Shown: positions 1-9,526, counted from the whole stretch's first letter. The stretch: DNA of 62,982 nucleotides, filler included, from an uncultured Methanosarcinales archaeon (GCA_964398115.1; 7 parts of 7 records of this genome joined end to end with filler, not necessarily neighbours in it), one strand, 5' to 3'. Numbers and translations: made by a program. Notes: a model not told the origin generated them from the letters alone.

Positions 1-302
1 TCTTGTGTTATTTGGTTGTCGCAGTTTGTTCCTATGCTGATGAGGTTGTGGCTTTGTTTGATGTAGTCTGTCACGTCACTGTCTAGCATGCTTCCTCGGA
101 TGGTTTCAGTTGCTTTTTCTTGTAGTGGTGGTATTAGTTTGATTGCGCTGGTTACGTCTTGGCTGGGTGCGTTTTCTCCTACGACTATTTTTGTGTTGAA
201 TTCGCCGTTTTTGTAGAACATGTTTGGATAGTTGGATAGGTCTGCTGCTGCCGCTAAGGGTATGGTTAGAAGTATCAGGGCGGTCGCTAGTAGTCGCTTC
301 AT
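1..302 (-). CDS. Secreted S-layer-domain-like protein (3' partial)
   Basis: Translated by hand: MKRLLATALILLTIPLAAAA signal peptide, then DLSNYPNMFYKNGEFNTKIVVGENAPSQDVTSA...MLDSDV...NLISIG, matching archaeal S-layer N/C domain motifs; runs off the window edge. Confidence 0.6.
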   Translation of the reverse strand, partial: MKRLLATALILLTIPLAAAADLSNYPNMFYKNGEFNTKIVVGENAPSQDVTSAIKLIPPLQEKATETIRGSMLDSDVTDYIKQSHNLISIGTNCDNQITQ

Positions 303-340
303 AGTAATCACTTGAGTTTTAGAAATGAAGTTTCTAGTAT

Positions 341-712
341 TTAAACTTTGGCGTTTCTGTAAAGTTTTCCTCTTCTCACGTTTCTTATGGCTTTGTTAAG
401 CTCTTGTAGTTGTTTTTCATCGGGGATTTCTACGTATAGGGGTATTGTTCCTCCGGAGTCTAGGTGTCTCATCTTTCCGTCGTATTCTCTTTTTATGTAT
501 TTTAGTGCTTCTGTGGGGGTGTCGTTTTGGCTGTGTTGTAGTGGTAGTTGTGCTTTTCTTCTTACTTTTATGTTTTTGTTGAATCTTCGTTTTGCTTCTC
601 TTTCTACTACTTGGTCTAGTACTTCGTCTTGTCCTATGTGGGCTTGTCCTGGCGTGTCTAGTTGTTGGTTATGTTCTTCTAGTAGTTGGTATGTTGCGAT
701 TATTTGTGTCAT
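341..712 (-). CDS. Hypothetical protein
   Basis: 123-aa ORF, codon bias like neighbouring minus-strand genes. Confidence 0.55.
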   Translation of the reverse strand: MTQIIATYQLLEEHNQQLDTPGQAHIGQDEVLDQVVEREAKRRFNKNIKVRRKAQLPLQHSQNDTPTEALKYIKREYDGKMRHLDSGGTIPLYVEIPDEKQLQELNKAIRNVRRGKLYRNAKV

Positions 713-932
713 AGTATGAGAGGGGAATTTTTTGTAATATTTAAATCTTTGGATATGTTGTTATTAAAAGGTAACACTATTTTGGTTTTGGGAAAAGCTT
801 AAAAATAATCGGTTGCAGTAAATCGTTTTGGGTTTGTTGGAGTGAAAAACAAAACAAATTGGGGTTGGAGTAACTCTCTAAACCTTTCTCTGTCACATTC
901 ATTAAACAGTGAGGTAGAGGGAAGACTAGAGG

Positions 933-1481
933 TTGGACACGTTAATAGATAGATTAAGAAAAGGGAAGAAGCCGGTAAGAGCAAGCCACGATGAATTAGT
1001 TGATAGATGGGTTCATGTTCTATCTAGTTCTGAACTAGACAGGTTAGTTGAGAAAGAAGTAGAGCTATTCTTAGGGGATGAAAAGCAAGGACAGGCTGAT
1101 GTTTTAGTATTTGACGATGGCGCTTATAATCGTGAGCTTGATTTCGGCATTGAAGTCAAGACCAGTGTTAAGCCGTTTTATGGAGAGCAAAGTTTTGAAA
1201 TGAGTGAAGAAGATTTAGGAGATGATGGTTTTAAGACGGTTAGGCGTTTGCAAAGGTGGTGTCCTAACGTTCCTGTTTATCTTTCTGGATTGTACTTTGG
1301 AGAGCCGAGGCATGACCGGATTCCGAATAGTCGTACCGAGCCTTGTAACTTGCGGAAGCCGTTGCATTTTGTCAAGGATGGTTCTGAAATTTTTCGTATA
1401 AATAGTAATGACAGGCCTAATTCTAAACCTGTAATTCCTTATCAAGGTTTGAGGCATGAGGCAGGAGTGAAGAGAGGTTGA
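933..1481 (+). CDS. PD-(D/E)xK nuclease-like protein 1
   Basis: HDELV helix; ADVLVFD...GIEVKTS motif; GAGG before the TTG start. Confidence 0.55.
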   Translation: MDTLIDRLRKGKKPVRASHDELVDRWVHVLSSSELDRLVEKEVELFLGDEKQGQADVLVFDDGAYNRELDFGIEVKTSVKPFYGEQSFEMSEEDLGDDGFKTVRRLQRWCPNVPVYLSGLYFGEPRHDRIPNSRTEPCNLRKPLHFVKDGSEIFRINSNDRPNSKPVIPYQGLRHEAGVKRG

Positions 1482-1996
1482 ATAGCATCTTTAGTAAGAA
1501 GAGAGATCCTGATAATAAGAAGCTTCATCATCTTGTAAACTTGTTGTTAGCTGATTATTTGAGGGAGGAAAAACCTTTCCGTTGGTTGGAAGCAAATTAT
1601 ACGAACACTTCTTTTGAAAGTGACGGCTCTTTGGAAACGGATCTTTATGGGAAGTATCCAAACGAAGGGCTTACTTTTCCTTTCTTTGCTGAGACTAAGA
1701 CTAATGGTGATAGAAGTCAGGCGAGGTCTCAAGTTCGTAAGAGGTATGAATTGTGTCCTGGTTTCAGCCTTGGTTACATCGCTATGTATAACCATAGTAG
1801 GAGTGATAGGAGGGATAGTTGGGTGGAGCTTGAATATGTCATTCCTGAAACTAATGGTGGTTTGAGGCCGGAAGATGTTGGCCTGGAGAGGCGAGAAGAG
1901 GTAATCATTCCGAGGAATCGTATAAAGTATTTGGATAGAGAGGTTTATCTTAATGAGGAAGAGCGTTTACAAAGAGTGTTGGAGGATTCAGGTTGA
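1478..1996 (+). CDS. PD-(D/E)xK nuclease-like protein 2
   Basis: HHLV..LADYLRE; ETDLYG...FAETKT; ARSQV; 4-nt TTGA overlap with the upstream gene. Confidence 0.55.
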   Translation: MNSIFSKKRDPDNKKLHHLVNLLLADYLREEKPFRWLEANYTNTSFESDGSLETDLYGKYPNEGLTFPFFAETKTNGDRSQARSQVRKRYELCPGFSLGYIAMYNHSRSDRRDSWVELEYVIPETNGGLRPEDVGLERREEVIIPRNRIKYLDREVYLNEEERLQRVLEDSG

Positions 1997-2565
1997 GTTT
2001 TGAAAGGTTTCGCAACATGGCTTATGAGGATAGGAAGGAGAAGAGAAGTTTGGAAGCTAGAACTCAAGTTTGTACTGACGATTCTATTCGTTCAAGTTTT
2101 GGAGAGTTGAGAAGAAAATTGCATAACAGGGTAGCGGAACATGTTTGTGATTATTTGAGGGAGAACACTGTTTTGACAAGTTTGGCTGTGACTGAAAATT
2201 ATATTGATGGTGAAGGGAAGCGTAGGGATTTGGATGTTGATGGTGATTTTGGTGATGTCAAAGTTGCAGTTGAGATTAAGTCAGGTTTTAACAGTAATGG
2301 TGTTAATGGCCAGGCGGAAGCTTTTTTGGAAAAGTATAATCCTGCCGTTTTCTTTTATGGTGATTATAAGAGGTTGCGTAGTAACGATGTGGTTTTGAAG
2401 CAGAAAAGTTTGGGTGATGAACCACAGGTTTATCCGAGTGTTTTAGGGATTTATATGGAAAGGGTTATTAGCATTCCCCCGAGAGTTTATGGGCCTATAG
2501 AGAGTGATATCAGCGGCTTAGTTGATGAAGCTATGAGAGAAGGTTTTAGAGATGAAGCGGCTTAG
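1993..2565 (+). CDS. PD-(D/E)xK nuclease-like protein 3
   Basis: HNRV..VCDYLRE; RDLDVDG...VAVEIKSG; NGQA; 4-nt TTGA overlap. Confidence 0.6.
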   Translation: MSFERFRNMAYEDRKEKRSLEARTQVCTDDSIRSSFGELRRKLHNRVAEHVCDYLRENTVLTSLAVTENYIDGEGKRRDLDVDGDFGDVKVAVEIKSGFNSNGVNGQAEAFLEKYNPAVFFYGDYKRLRSNDVVLKQKSLGDEPQVYPSVLGIYMERVISIPPRVYGPIESDISGLVDEAMREGFRDEAA

Positions 2566-2825
2566 TCTTTTCTGTAATTCTGATATTGTTTTAATACTTC
2601 TTTTCTGAAGTCAGGATCTATCATGAATTGTATTGTTGCAAGAGGGTAGGGAGTTCTTTCTCCTTTTTTCACTCCTCCGTTTTCAGATTTTAGTTGGAGG
2701 GTGTGTATGTTTACAATTCCGTGGATAATTCTCTCGGGTAGGTATCTGTTTTCTCCCCATCTTTTGATGTCTATGCTGTCCATCACTCTTCTTTCCAAGT
2801 TTTTAGGGACTTGTTCTTGTGACAT
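2562..2825 (-). CDS. Small hypothetical protein
   Basis: 87-aa ATG ORF downstream of the ttuA-like gene. Confidence 0.45.
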   Translation of the reverse strand: MSQEQVPKNLERRVMDSIDIKRWGENRYLPERIIHGIVNIHTLQLKSENGGVKKGERTPYPLATIQFMIDPDFRKEVLKQYQNYRKD

Positions 2826-2853
2826 GAAGTATTTGTATCTGGGTTTGTGTTTT

Positions 2854-3723
2854 TTAGATTTTTGTTTTTATCCTGCATGCGTTGCATATTTCGTTGCTGC
2901 TTGGTTCTCCACACTTGGTGCATTCTTGTAAGCCTTCCGTGCCTCTTTTGTCTAAGTCTTTTTTGAGTTTGAGGTGTTGTTTGATAATGTTTCTTTTCGT
3001 GCCAGGGTGTTCTTTTTCGTATTCGTTTAAGAGATCTCTTAGCCAGATCCTGTATGCCATGTGTGCGTTTGGGCATTCTGTGAATTCGTCCATGAATCCT
3101 TTTAGGTAGCTGTAGAGTCCGATTTCTTTTTCTTTGAGGAAGTATAATGGTTTTATGCGTTGTGTGAATCCTTCTATATCGCTAGTTTTGGGGCCCATTC
3201 TTTTCATGAGTTTGATGCTGGATCTGAACAGGTTCATTAAGACGCTTTGTGCTTCGTCGTCTAGGTTGTGTCCTACTGCGATTTTGTCATAGTCGCTGGT
3301 GTTTTTGTTTAGTAGGTATCTTCGTAGCGTGCCGCAGGTGGTGCAGGGTTTGCCTCCTACTTTTTCCCAGTTCATGTCGTCGAGTGGTTTGTCGAAGTCT
3401 TCTTCAAAGCTGTACATTTCTAATTTTATGTTATGTTCTTTGCAGAATTTTTTGAGGAAGTCGAGGCTTTGGTCTCGGTATCCTTGTATTCCTTCGTCGA
3501 CGGCTACGGCGGTTACGTCTCCGTGATATTTTTTGAGTAGGTAGAGGAGAGTGGTGCTGTCTTTGCCTCCGCTGCACGCTACTGCGACGTTGTCGTTTTC
3601 TTCAAGTAGTTGGTAGTCGTTTATTGTTTCTTTTACAGTTTTTTCTACGTATTTGATGAAGTGTTTTTTGCATAGGTTTGGTCTTTCATTTACCGCTTTT
3701 AAACTGCATTTTTCGCATTGCAT
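2854..3723 (-). CDS. ncsA: tRNA 2-thiolation protein, TtuA/Ncs6/NcsA family
   Basis: N-terminal CxxC..C..H zinc finger, PP-loop SGGKDS, PCTTCG, GHNLDD, RIKPL, ECP, C-terminal CxxC..CxxC. Confidence 0.9.
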   Translation of the reverse strand: MQCEKCSLKAVNERPNLCKKHFIKYVEKTVKETINDYQLLEENDNVAVACSGGKDSTTLLYLLKKYHGDVTAVAVDEGIQGYRDQSLDFLKKFCKEHNIKLEMYSFEEDFDKPLDDMNWEKVGGKPCTTCGTLRRYLLNKNTSDYDKIAVGHNLDDEAQSVLMNLFRSSIKLMKRMGPKTSDIEGFTQRIKPLYFLKEKEIGLYSYLKGFMDEFTECPNAHMAYRIWLRDLLNEYEKEHPGTKRNIIKQHLKLKKDLDKRGTEGLQECTKCGEPSSNEICNACRIKTKI

Positions 3724-3814
3724 GTTTTTTTAAGAGGTAGGAAATGTTTAAATTGGTTAGGGACACACTTTTTTGTAAACCTTTATATAAGAAAGACGTA
3801 TTTGTTATTGTGTA

Positions 3815-4333
3815 ATGGTTAAAGTTGTTGATAAGCAAGAGTATGGCCAGGATTTAGAGAGGGTTGTTTCTGAAATGTATGACAGCGGGGGTATTATAAT
3901 TAGGGAGCCTCTTTATTCTCAAATTATTGAAAATCCTGAAAGTTTTGATTATAGGGTTGTTTCTGAAGACGGAGTGGAGGTGGCGGAATCTTTTGACTTT
4001 GAGGATTATCCTCACTTGGAGGTTATAGCTAATGGTTTGGATAGGAATCATCGCGAGATAGGGGGCGAAGCAGGTTTTCCTGCTGAGATTAATGGTTTTA
4101 ACTTGTTTCGTGTGGATGAAGGGTTTGAGGAAGCTAGGTTGAATGAATTCTTGAATGGTAGTGATTATATTACTTCCTTAGTTTATTTTGACGGGGATGG
4201 TGATTTCTATTTTGATAATGAGAAAAGTGATTTTGGTTTGGATCAGGTTGCTCATCTTTGTGTTTCTAACATGCCGGAAGTGGTGGTTGGTGATTTTGAG
4301 GATGATGTTTATTTTGGAGTGTTTTATGATTAG
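3815..4333 (+). CDS. Acidic hypothetical protein
   Basis: 172-aa ORF with a TATA-like TTTATATAA about 30 nt upstream. Confidence 0.6.
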   Translation: MVKVVDKQEYGQDLERVVSEMYDSGGIIIREPLYSQIIENPESFDYRVVSEDGVEVAESFDFEDYPHLEVIANGLDRNHREIGGEAGFPAEINGFNLFRVDEGFEEARLNEFLNGSDYITSLVYFDGDGDFYFDNEKSDFGLDQVAHLCVSNMPEVVVGDFEDDVYFGVFYD

Positions 4334-4809
4334 GATTTGTTGAATCTTTCTTTAATGTAGTCTACTGCTTCTTCTGTCGTTGTTGGTCTTGAGGCACTGC
4401 CGTCTCGTATGTAGAATTCGCCGTCTAAGTATACTGGTCTGTGTCCTTTTTCGACTTCGACTATTGCGATTTGTTTGTCTTTTACGTCTTTGAATTTTAC
4501 GGTTACGTGTCTGCTTGCGAATGTTTTGCTTATGTGGTTGGTTACTAATTGGTGTATCATTCTTTCGAAGCTGTCTAGTCCGTGGTTCATGGTTGACAGG
4601 TCTCTTTTGATTCCTTTGACTTCGTGGTCGTCTGTCACTCCTATTATTATCTTGCCTCCTTCGTTGTTGGCCATGGCGCAGATTTCTTTTACTACGGCTT
4701 TTTTTAACGCGTCGTTTTGCCCTTTTTTGTCTGCGTCGTAGCAGAGGGTTTCTTTGAATTCTAGGTGTCTGTCTTCATGTTTTTCTATCAAGTCTTTGAG
4801 GTTCATCAC
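4330..4809 (-). CDS. Stand-alone AlbA_2 (Schlafen-like) domain protein
   Basis: EDRHLEFKET, KEICAMANNEGGKIIIGVTD, FYIRDGSAS motifs. Confidence 0.85.
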   Translation of the reverse strand: MMNLKDLIEKHEDRHLEFKETLCYDADKKGQNDALKKAVVKEICAMANNEGGKIIIGVTDDHEVKGIKRDLSTMNHGLDSFERMIHQLVTNHISKTFASRHVTVKFKDVKDKQIAIVEVEKGHRPVYLDGEFYIRDGSASRPTTTEEAVDYIKERFNKS

Positions 4810-4852
4810 TTTTTTGACAAAGTTTTTTTCTTTGGCTTTAAACTTTCCGGTT

Positions 4853-5479
4853 TTAGTTGTTGAAGTATTGTTTATTGGCGTAGATGTAGAGGAAGATCGC
4901 GCTTTGTATGAATAAGGTCATTAGGAGTGATGAGAATACTAGTGTTTTTTCGAACGTTCCTATTTGTGCTTGTTGGGTGGCGTTTATGGTCATGTTGTAT
5001 AGGCTTGCTGTTTCGTCTATGGGTGTTAGCATTAGTTGGGTGAAGCTTGCTATTTTGTCTGCGGCGTTGATTCCTACCAGTGTTAGCAATGCGGTCCAGA
5101 ATTTTTTGTAGTAGATGCCGATTGCGGTTATGAATGGGATGGTTGTGGCGAAGGCGGTGATTACGCCTACCCATTGGTTTTGTATGAGAGTTCCGAAGAA
5201 TATTGCTTTTTCGGGGTTGAGGCTTATCACGTTGAGTGTGATTGATAGAAGTGACCAGGCGAATATTATTTTCATGCCGAGTGGCATGTGTTTCCAGCCG
5301 TGTTTTTCGGGTATGGTTATGTCTTTGTGCTTGTATGTTATTGCTATTGTTGTAAAGAGAATTGCTATGATGAGGTTGGTCCATATGAATCTGTTTTGAA
5401 AGTAAGATATGATAGCTAGGATGAGTTGTAGTATGGCTACTGCGATGAGTGCGTATAGGAGTGCCTTTCTTTTTTTCAT
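4853..5479 (-). CDS. Multi-pass membrane protein
   Basis: About 6 hydrophobic segments. Confidence 0.65.
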   Translation of the reverse strand: MKKRKALLYALIAVAILQLILAIISYFQNRFIWTNLIIAILFTTIAITYKHKDITIPEKHGWKHMPLGMKIIFAWSLLSITLNVISLNPEKAIFFGTLIQNQWVGVITAFATTIPFITAIGIYYKKFWTALLTLVGINAADKIASFTQLMLTPIDETASLYNMTINATQQAQIGTFEKTLVFSSLLMTLFIQSAIFLYIYANKQYFNN

Positions 5480-5503
5480 CTATTTAGTTAGACGGATTTT
5501 CTT

Positions 5504-5797
5504 TTATTTTAATCTTCTTACTATGGCGTGTTGGTATCCGTGGCTTGGAATTACTGGTTGGTTGTCGCTGGAGACTTTGTATGCGTCGCTACTTTGTTTT
5601 TGGACGAGTCCGTCTTCTGGTACTAGGAGGGAGAGTTGTTTTCTGAAGTAGGCTTCTACTCCTCTAGCTGTCCCTCTAGGGTTAATGGTTACTCCGTCTA
5701 GTCTCCCTTCAATTGGGTCTTCGTCTCCGACTATTTCTACTAATTCGCTTTCTTCTAGCCATTTTGTGAATTCTCTTAGTGAAGTTTTTTCGGTCAT
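5504..5797 (-). CDS. Hypothetical protein (likely start MTEKT)
   Basis: ATG preceded by GAGGAGG on the minus strand; overlaps the stop of the upstream gene. Confidence 0.5.
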   Translation of the reverse strand: MTEKTSLREFTKWLEESELVEIVGDEDPIEGRLDGVTINPRGTARGVEAYFRKQLSLLVPEDGLVQKQSSDAYKVSSDNQPVIPSHGYQHAIVRRLK

Positions 5798-6174
5798 TTT
5801 GTTTCCTCCTCGTAGTTTTTTATGAGTGGGCATAGGCCGTTGCATATTTGGTTGTATGCTTGCTTGGCTAGTGGTTTCCACTCGTTAGGTCCTTGTATGT
5901 TGTGCCAATCGCAGTTTTTATCTTCGAGTTTGGCGTAGGTTGGTTGTTCTAAGTCTTCTATTTTTTCACTTGTTTGGTAGAGTATTGTTATTGTTCTTTC
6001 TTGGCATTTTCCTTTTCGGTGTTTTTCTTTTAGTAGGATTTGGTGATCGTCGATGTTGGTTATTCCTCCTCTTAGTTGTGCGTGGCGAGGTTGGATGTTT
6101 TGTTTTGGCATACAACTTAGTAGTGCTGCGAGTCCCATACTTGTTCCGGTTTTGATTATTTGTCTGAGGTTCAT
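5794..6174 (-). CDS. Putative lipoprotein
   Basis: Basic N-terminus, hydrophobic stretch, LLSC lipobox-like motif. Confidence 0.45.
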   Translation of the reverse strand: MNLRQIIKTGTSMGLAALLSCMPKQNIQPRHAQLRGGITNIDDHQILLKEKHRKGKCQERTITILYQTSEKIEDLEQPTYAKLEDKNCDWHNIQGPNEWKPLAKQAYNQICNGLCPLIKNYEEETK

Positions 6175-7070
6175 CTTTTACCTGCTAGGAATTTGTCCAT
6201 TATAGTGTCTGGAAGGTTTTGCATTATTTGTGTTCCGTCTCTTCTTGCGTATATTCTTTCGGTTAGTTCTTCTAATATTTCTTCTCTGTAAGGATCATTA
6301 CCAGGGGTTGTGTTTTGAGGTTTTTCATCCCATATTTGTTGTAGGATTCTTAGGCCTTTTATCATGTATTGTTGTCCTTCTTGACCTTGTGGTAGTTGTG
6401 TGCAGTGTCTTGTTATGAGGGGGAATATTTCTGGTACCTCTCTTGCTATCGCGGCTGTGGTTGTTGCGTATTCTACGTTTCTTTCTATCGCTAGGTTTGT
6501 TATTGTGTCTAGGGTGGGTTGTGTTCTTGTTTTTTCGGATGAAGTTAGGTTTAGTGCTTTGTTAAGTTCGACTAGTTCGTTGTATACTTTGGTAGGTTTG
6601 TTTAACCATCTTGTTTTGGCTTCTGTTGCTTGTAGGTAATGGTTTATATGTTGTATAGCTCTTTCTTTTGGCAGATTTGATGGGGTTTCTTTTCTGGCTT
6701 GTTTTATAGCGTTTTGTATTTGTCTTGCTAGTTCTAGGTCGAAGTGTTTGTGTATTCCTTGTATTACTTCTTCTTGTGACAGGACAGGGTTTTCTTCTGT
6801 TGATAGTGTTAGTGCTTGCCACATAGCGTTTTCTAGTTCATCTTCTTTCGTACTGGGTGGTAGTTGTTGGAATGCTTGGTGGTAGGCGTCTGCTAGTTCT
6901 TGTACTCTTTGTCCGATTGGTTCTCCTTTGGCATGGTCGTTAAGCATGTTAGCGTAGTAGCCTAGTACGTGATTGGCTGCTTCTCTTTGTATCCTGTATT
7001 GTACTTGGTCGTTTTCGTCTGTGTATGGCCCTCTGGTTTTGAGTAGTGCTTCGGTTGGTATTTGTTCCAT
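6171..7070 (-). CDS. Helical hypothetical protein
   Basis: 299-aa ORF with no recognised motif. Confidence 0.65.
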   Translation of the reverse strand: MEQIPTEALLKTRGPYTDENDQVQYRIQREAANHVLGYYANMLNDHAKGEPIGQRVQELADAYHQAFQQLPPSTKEDELENAMWQALTLSTEENPVLSQEEVIQGIHKHFDLELARQIQNAIKQARKETPSNLPKERAIQHINHYLQATEAKTRWLNKPTKVYNELVELNKALNLTSSEKTRTQPTLDTITNLAIERNVEYATTTAAIAREVPEIFPLITRHCTQLPQGQEGQQYMIKGLRILQQIWDEKPQNTTPGNDPYREEILEELTERIYARRDGTQIMQNLPDTIMDKFLAGKR

Positions 7071-7143
7071 CTTTGTAGGTGGAGAAATAACGTTTCTTAT
7101 TTAAGTTTTTTGCTAGATAGTAGTTACAATTTTAATCAAGGGT

Positions 7144-7542
7144 TTATTCTGGTTGTAATTGGTAGGGAAGGAATGCGTATTCCGTCATTTGAACGTGGTT
7201 TCTTTGATAGGATAGGTATAATGCTGGGACTCTTGGCATTTCGGCATATTCTAATCCGTGCATCCAGTCTATTTCTAAACCGTAAGGGTATTTTTTACCG
7301 TTGGTTAAGATGTTGAAGTAAAGGTATAAGTATTTATCTCCTTTTTCTGCCCTGTAGTATCTCATCATTCCGTGGAGTTCCCTCCATCTTTTCTTGCCTG
7401 ACACGAGTGCTTTTTCCCATGCTTGGATGCGTCCCATTCTTTTCAGCAGTGTTTCTAATGGGTATTTGTCAACGGAGAAGTCAGTCTTGTAGATTCTTTT
7501 CTTATCCTTTTTTTCTAGTCGCTCTACCAGGTCGCGACTCAT
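7144..7542 (-). CDS. Hypothetical protein
   Basis: 132-aa ORF in a minus-strand gene run. Confidence 0.55.
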   Translation of the reverse strand: MSRDLVERLEKKDKKRIYKTDFSVDKYPLETLLKRMGRIQAWEKALVSGKKRWRELHGMMRYYRAEKGDKYLYLYFNILTNGKKYPYGLEIDWMHGLEYAEMPRVPALYLSYQRNHVQMTEYAFLPYQLQPE

Positions 7543-7547
7543 CTTTT

Positions 7548-8189
7548 TTAGTTAGGATTTTTTGAAGTTATTAAACTTCCTGTTTTGTCGTATAAGTGTT
7601 TGAGCATAGAGTTTATTGGTATGAACATGAATGTTGTTGCTATGAGGTTTTCTATCATCCAGTACATGATTTGTGGTAGTTGGTTTATGAAGTAAAACGG
7701 TTTTGCTATTGTTGCTTCGCATACGTGCCATGCGCAGTTCACGTTGTATTCTGGAGGGGTGGTGAGTAGGGCGGCTAGGGTTATCGTGGCGAAGTAACTC
7801 GTTGCTATCATCCAGCCTTTGTTTGAAACGCTTGTTTTGTGTAAGGCCCATAGTAGGATTGGTATTAGGAAGACGTGGTGGATTGTGAAGATGTAGGTGT
7901 TTATGTCGCCGTATTGGAGGTAGTCTCCTACGCCGAATGTTTTGGCCCCTGCTAGTAGTAGGATGACGTCGATGATCCAGAATAGGTGTGGTATGAATAC
8001 GAGGCATAGGCTTGCTGTTAGTAGGTGTTTGTTTTCTTGGATGAATCCGATTGCTGCTAGGAGTAGTGTGGCGTGGCTCACCCACCAGAGGTTGTGTTGG
8101 AGTCCTACTTGGAATCTGTTTATTGTCACGGCGGCGAGCCAGGCTAGTAGTAGGGTGCCGATTATTTTGAATTTTTTGCTTTGTTTCAT
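7548..8189 (-). CDS. Integral membrane protein
   Basis: About 6 TM segments; WWVSH, HH and NVNC motifs. Confidence 0.7.
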   Translation of the reverse strand: MKQSKKFKIIGTLLLAWLAAVTINRFQVGLQHNLWWVSHATLLLAAIGFIQENKHLLTASLCLVFIPHLFWIIDVILLLAGAKTFGVGDYLQYGDINTYIFTIHHVFLIPILLWALHKTSVSNKGWMIATSYFATITLAALLTTPPEYNVNCAWHVCEATIAKPFYFINQLPQIMYWMIENLIATTFMFIPINSMLKHLYDKTGSLITSKNPN

Positions 8190-8458
8190 GTGTGTTTTTC
8201 CACGTAGTTCTTTATTTTTTGTAGGCAGCGTGTTCTCTTGAGTTGGTGTTCTTTGTAGGCTTTTCCTGTTTGTAGGTAGCGGTTTTCTATTATTCCGTGG
8301 TGGATGGCTTCGATGGCGTGGAGTGTTTGCCAGCTGTTTCCGTTTCTGTTTATTTGTGCTCCTAGCTGGTATAGTTTCTTTGTTTCTATGGGTTCTCCTT
8401 GTAGTATTTGTTCTAGCACGCTTGGGACTTTTTGTAGTGGTTTTGAGGTTTGTGACAT
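8186..8458 (-). CDS. Hypothetical protein
   Basis: 90-aa ORF, 4-nt overlap with the downstream gene. Confidence 0.45.
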   Translation of the reverse strand: MSQTSKPLQKVPSVLEQILQGEPIETKKLYQLGAQINRNGNSWQTLHAIEAIHHGIIENRYLQTGKAYKEHQLKRTRCLQKIKNYVEKHT

Positions 8459-8564
8459 GTTTCTTTTTTTGGTTTTTCTTGATTAATAACCTTAATTCTT
8501 TTCAATATTATAAATAATTATTTTTGTTATCTAATTTATAAGCTTCATTTCATTACTTAAGGAT

Positions 8565-8996
8565 ATGTACAGGTATAACGTCGTCGTTGAACAAGGTTTG
8601 TACTTTTTGGAAACTGAAAAGTATGTGGATAGATTGTCTAAAAATCCGGATTGGATTCATAGGAATCTAGGTAGTTTTTATAGTGAAACTAGTCCTGAAA
8701 GTTTGGCAGTGATGATATATAACTCTTTTCCGTTAGAGAGTGATTTTTTAGGCAGACAGGATTTGAATTTTGTTCATGAACATCCTCGAAACGTTTCGGA
8801 TGAGAATTACTTGGTTGATGAGAAGAGGGGTGCGAGAATTATTCTTAGTTCTGATCGTGAAAAGTTGTATGAAGATTTAGCTGTGCATGTTGCTTCTTGT
8901 TTGGGACATTCTGAAAAGAAGGGAGGTTTGCAAGAGGCGGAGGGGGATGGTTTGGATGATGTTGTTAAGAAAGTTCTTGGTGGTTTGAAAACTTGA
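8565..8996 (+). CDS. Hypothetical protein
   Basis: 143-aa ORF, TATA-like TTTATAA upstream. Confidence 0.55.
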   Translation: MYRYNVVVEQGLYFLETEKYVDRLSKNPDWIHRNLGSFYSETSPESLAVMIYNSFPLESDFLGRQDLNFVHEHPRNVSDENYLVDEKRGARIILSSDREKLYEDLAVHVASCLGHSEKKGGLQEAEGDGLDDVVKKVLGGLKT

Positions 8997-8998
8997 AT

Positions 8999-9526
8999 TT
9001 ATTTCACTAGTTGTCTTCCGGTGTTGTCGGGTCTTTGGTATCCTGCTCCTAGTATTTTTATGGAGTCTTGTCCTTCTCCTTCGACCATGTAGTGTCTTAA
9101 GTCTTTGTCACCTAGTAGTTTTTGTGCTTTTTCTCTTGCTTCTTTACATACTCTTCCTCTGTTTTCAGCGTGATATAGTATGTCTTCTCGTATGAAAACT
9201 CTGACGCCGTCTTGGCTTTGCATGTAAAGTCCTTGCACGACTGGCAGGGCGGGGACGGTGAATCCGAAGTGACCTCTTTCTCTTATTAAGTGAAGGTCTC
9301 CTTGGTGTGGGTGTTCTCTGAAGACTTCTCCTTCCGAGAATAGTAGGTCGTCTAGTGTTTGCCCGTCTCTTTCTTTTGTAGGAGTTTCTATAAGGGTTGT
9401 GTCGTTTTCATCAGTTAGAACTGTGGCGTCGGGCCGGATATATGTGTTTATTAGTTTGAGTAAGGGTTCTTCTTGTTGCCTCGCTCCTCCCCTGAATCCT
9501 TCCAGGATGGTGTTGTAGACTGTCAC
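8999..9526 (-). CDS. Hypothetical protein
   Basis: 175-aa ORF. Confidence 0.55.
   Translation of the reverse strand: MTVYNTILEGFRGGARQQEEPLLKLINTYIRPDATVLTDENDTTLIETPTKERDGQTLDDLLFSEGEVFREHPHQGDLHLIRERGHFGFTVPALPVVQGLYMQSQDGVRVFIREDILYHAENRGRVCKEAREKAQKLLGDKDLRHYMVEGEGQDSIKILGAGYQRPDNTGRQLVK

Noticed and set aside
387..8517. Many long antisense or alternate-frame ORFs (e.g. 387-719, 4872-5384, 7552-8085)
   Set aside because: Shadow ORFs produced by the strong strand skew; low-complexity translations overlapping better genes
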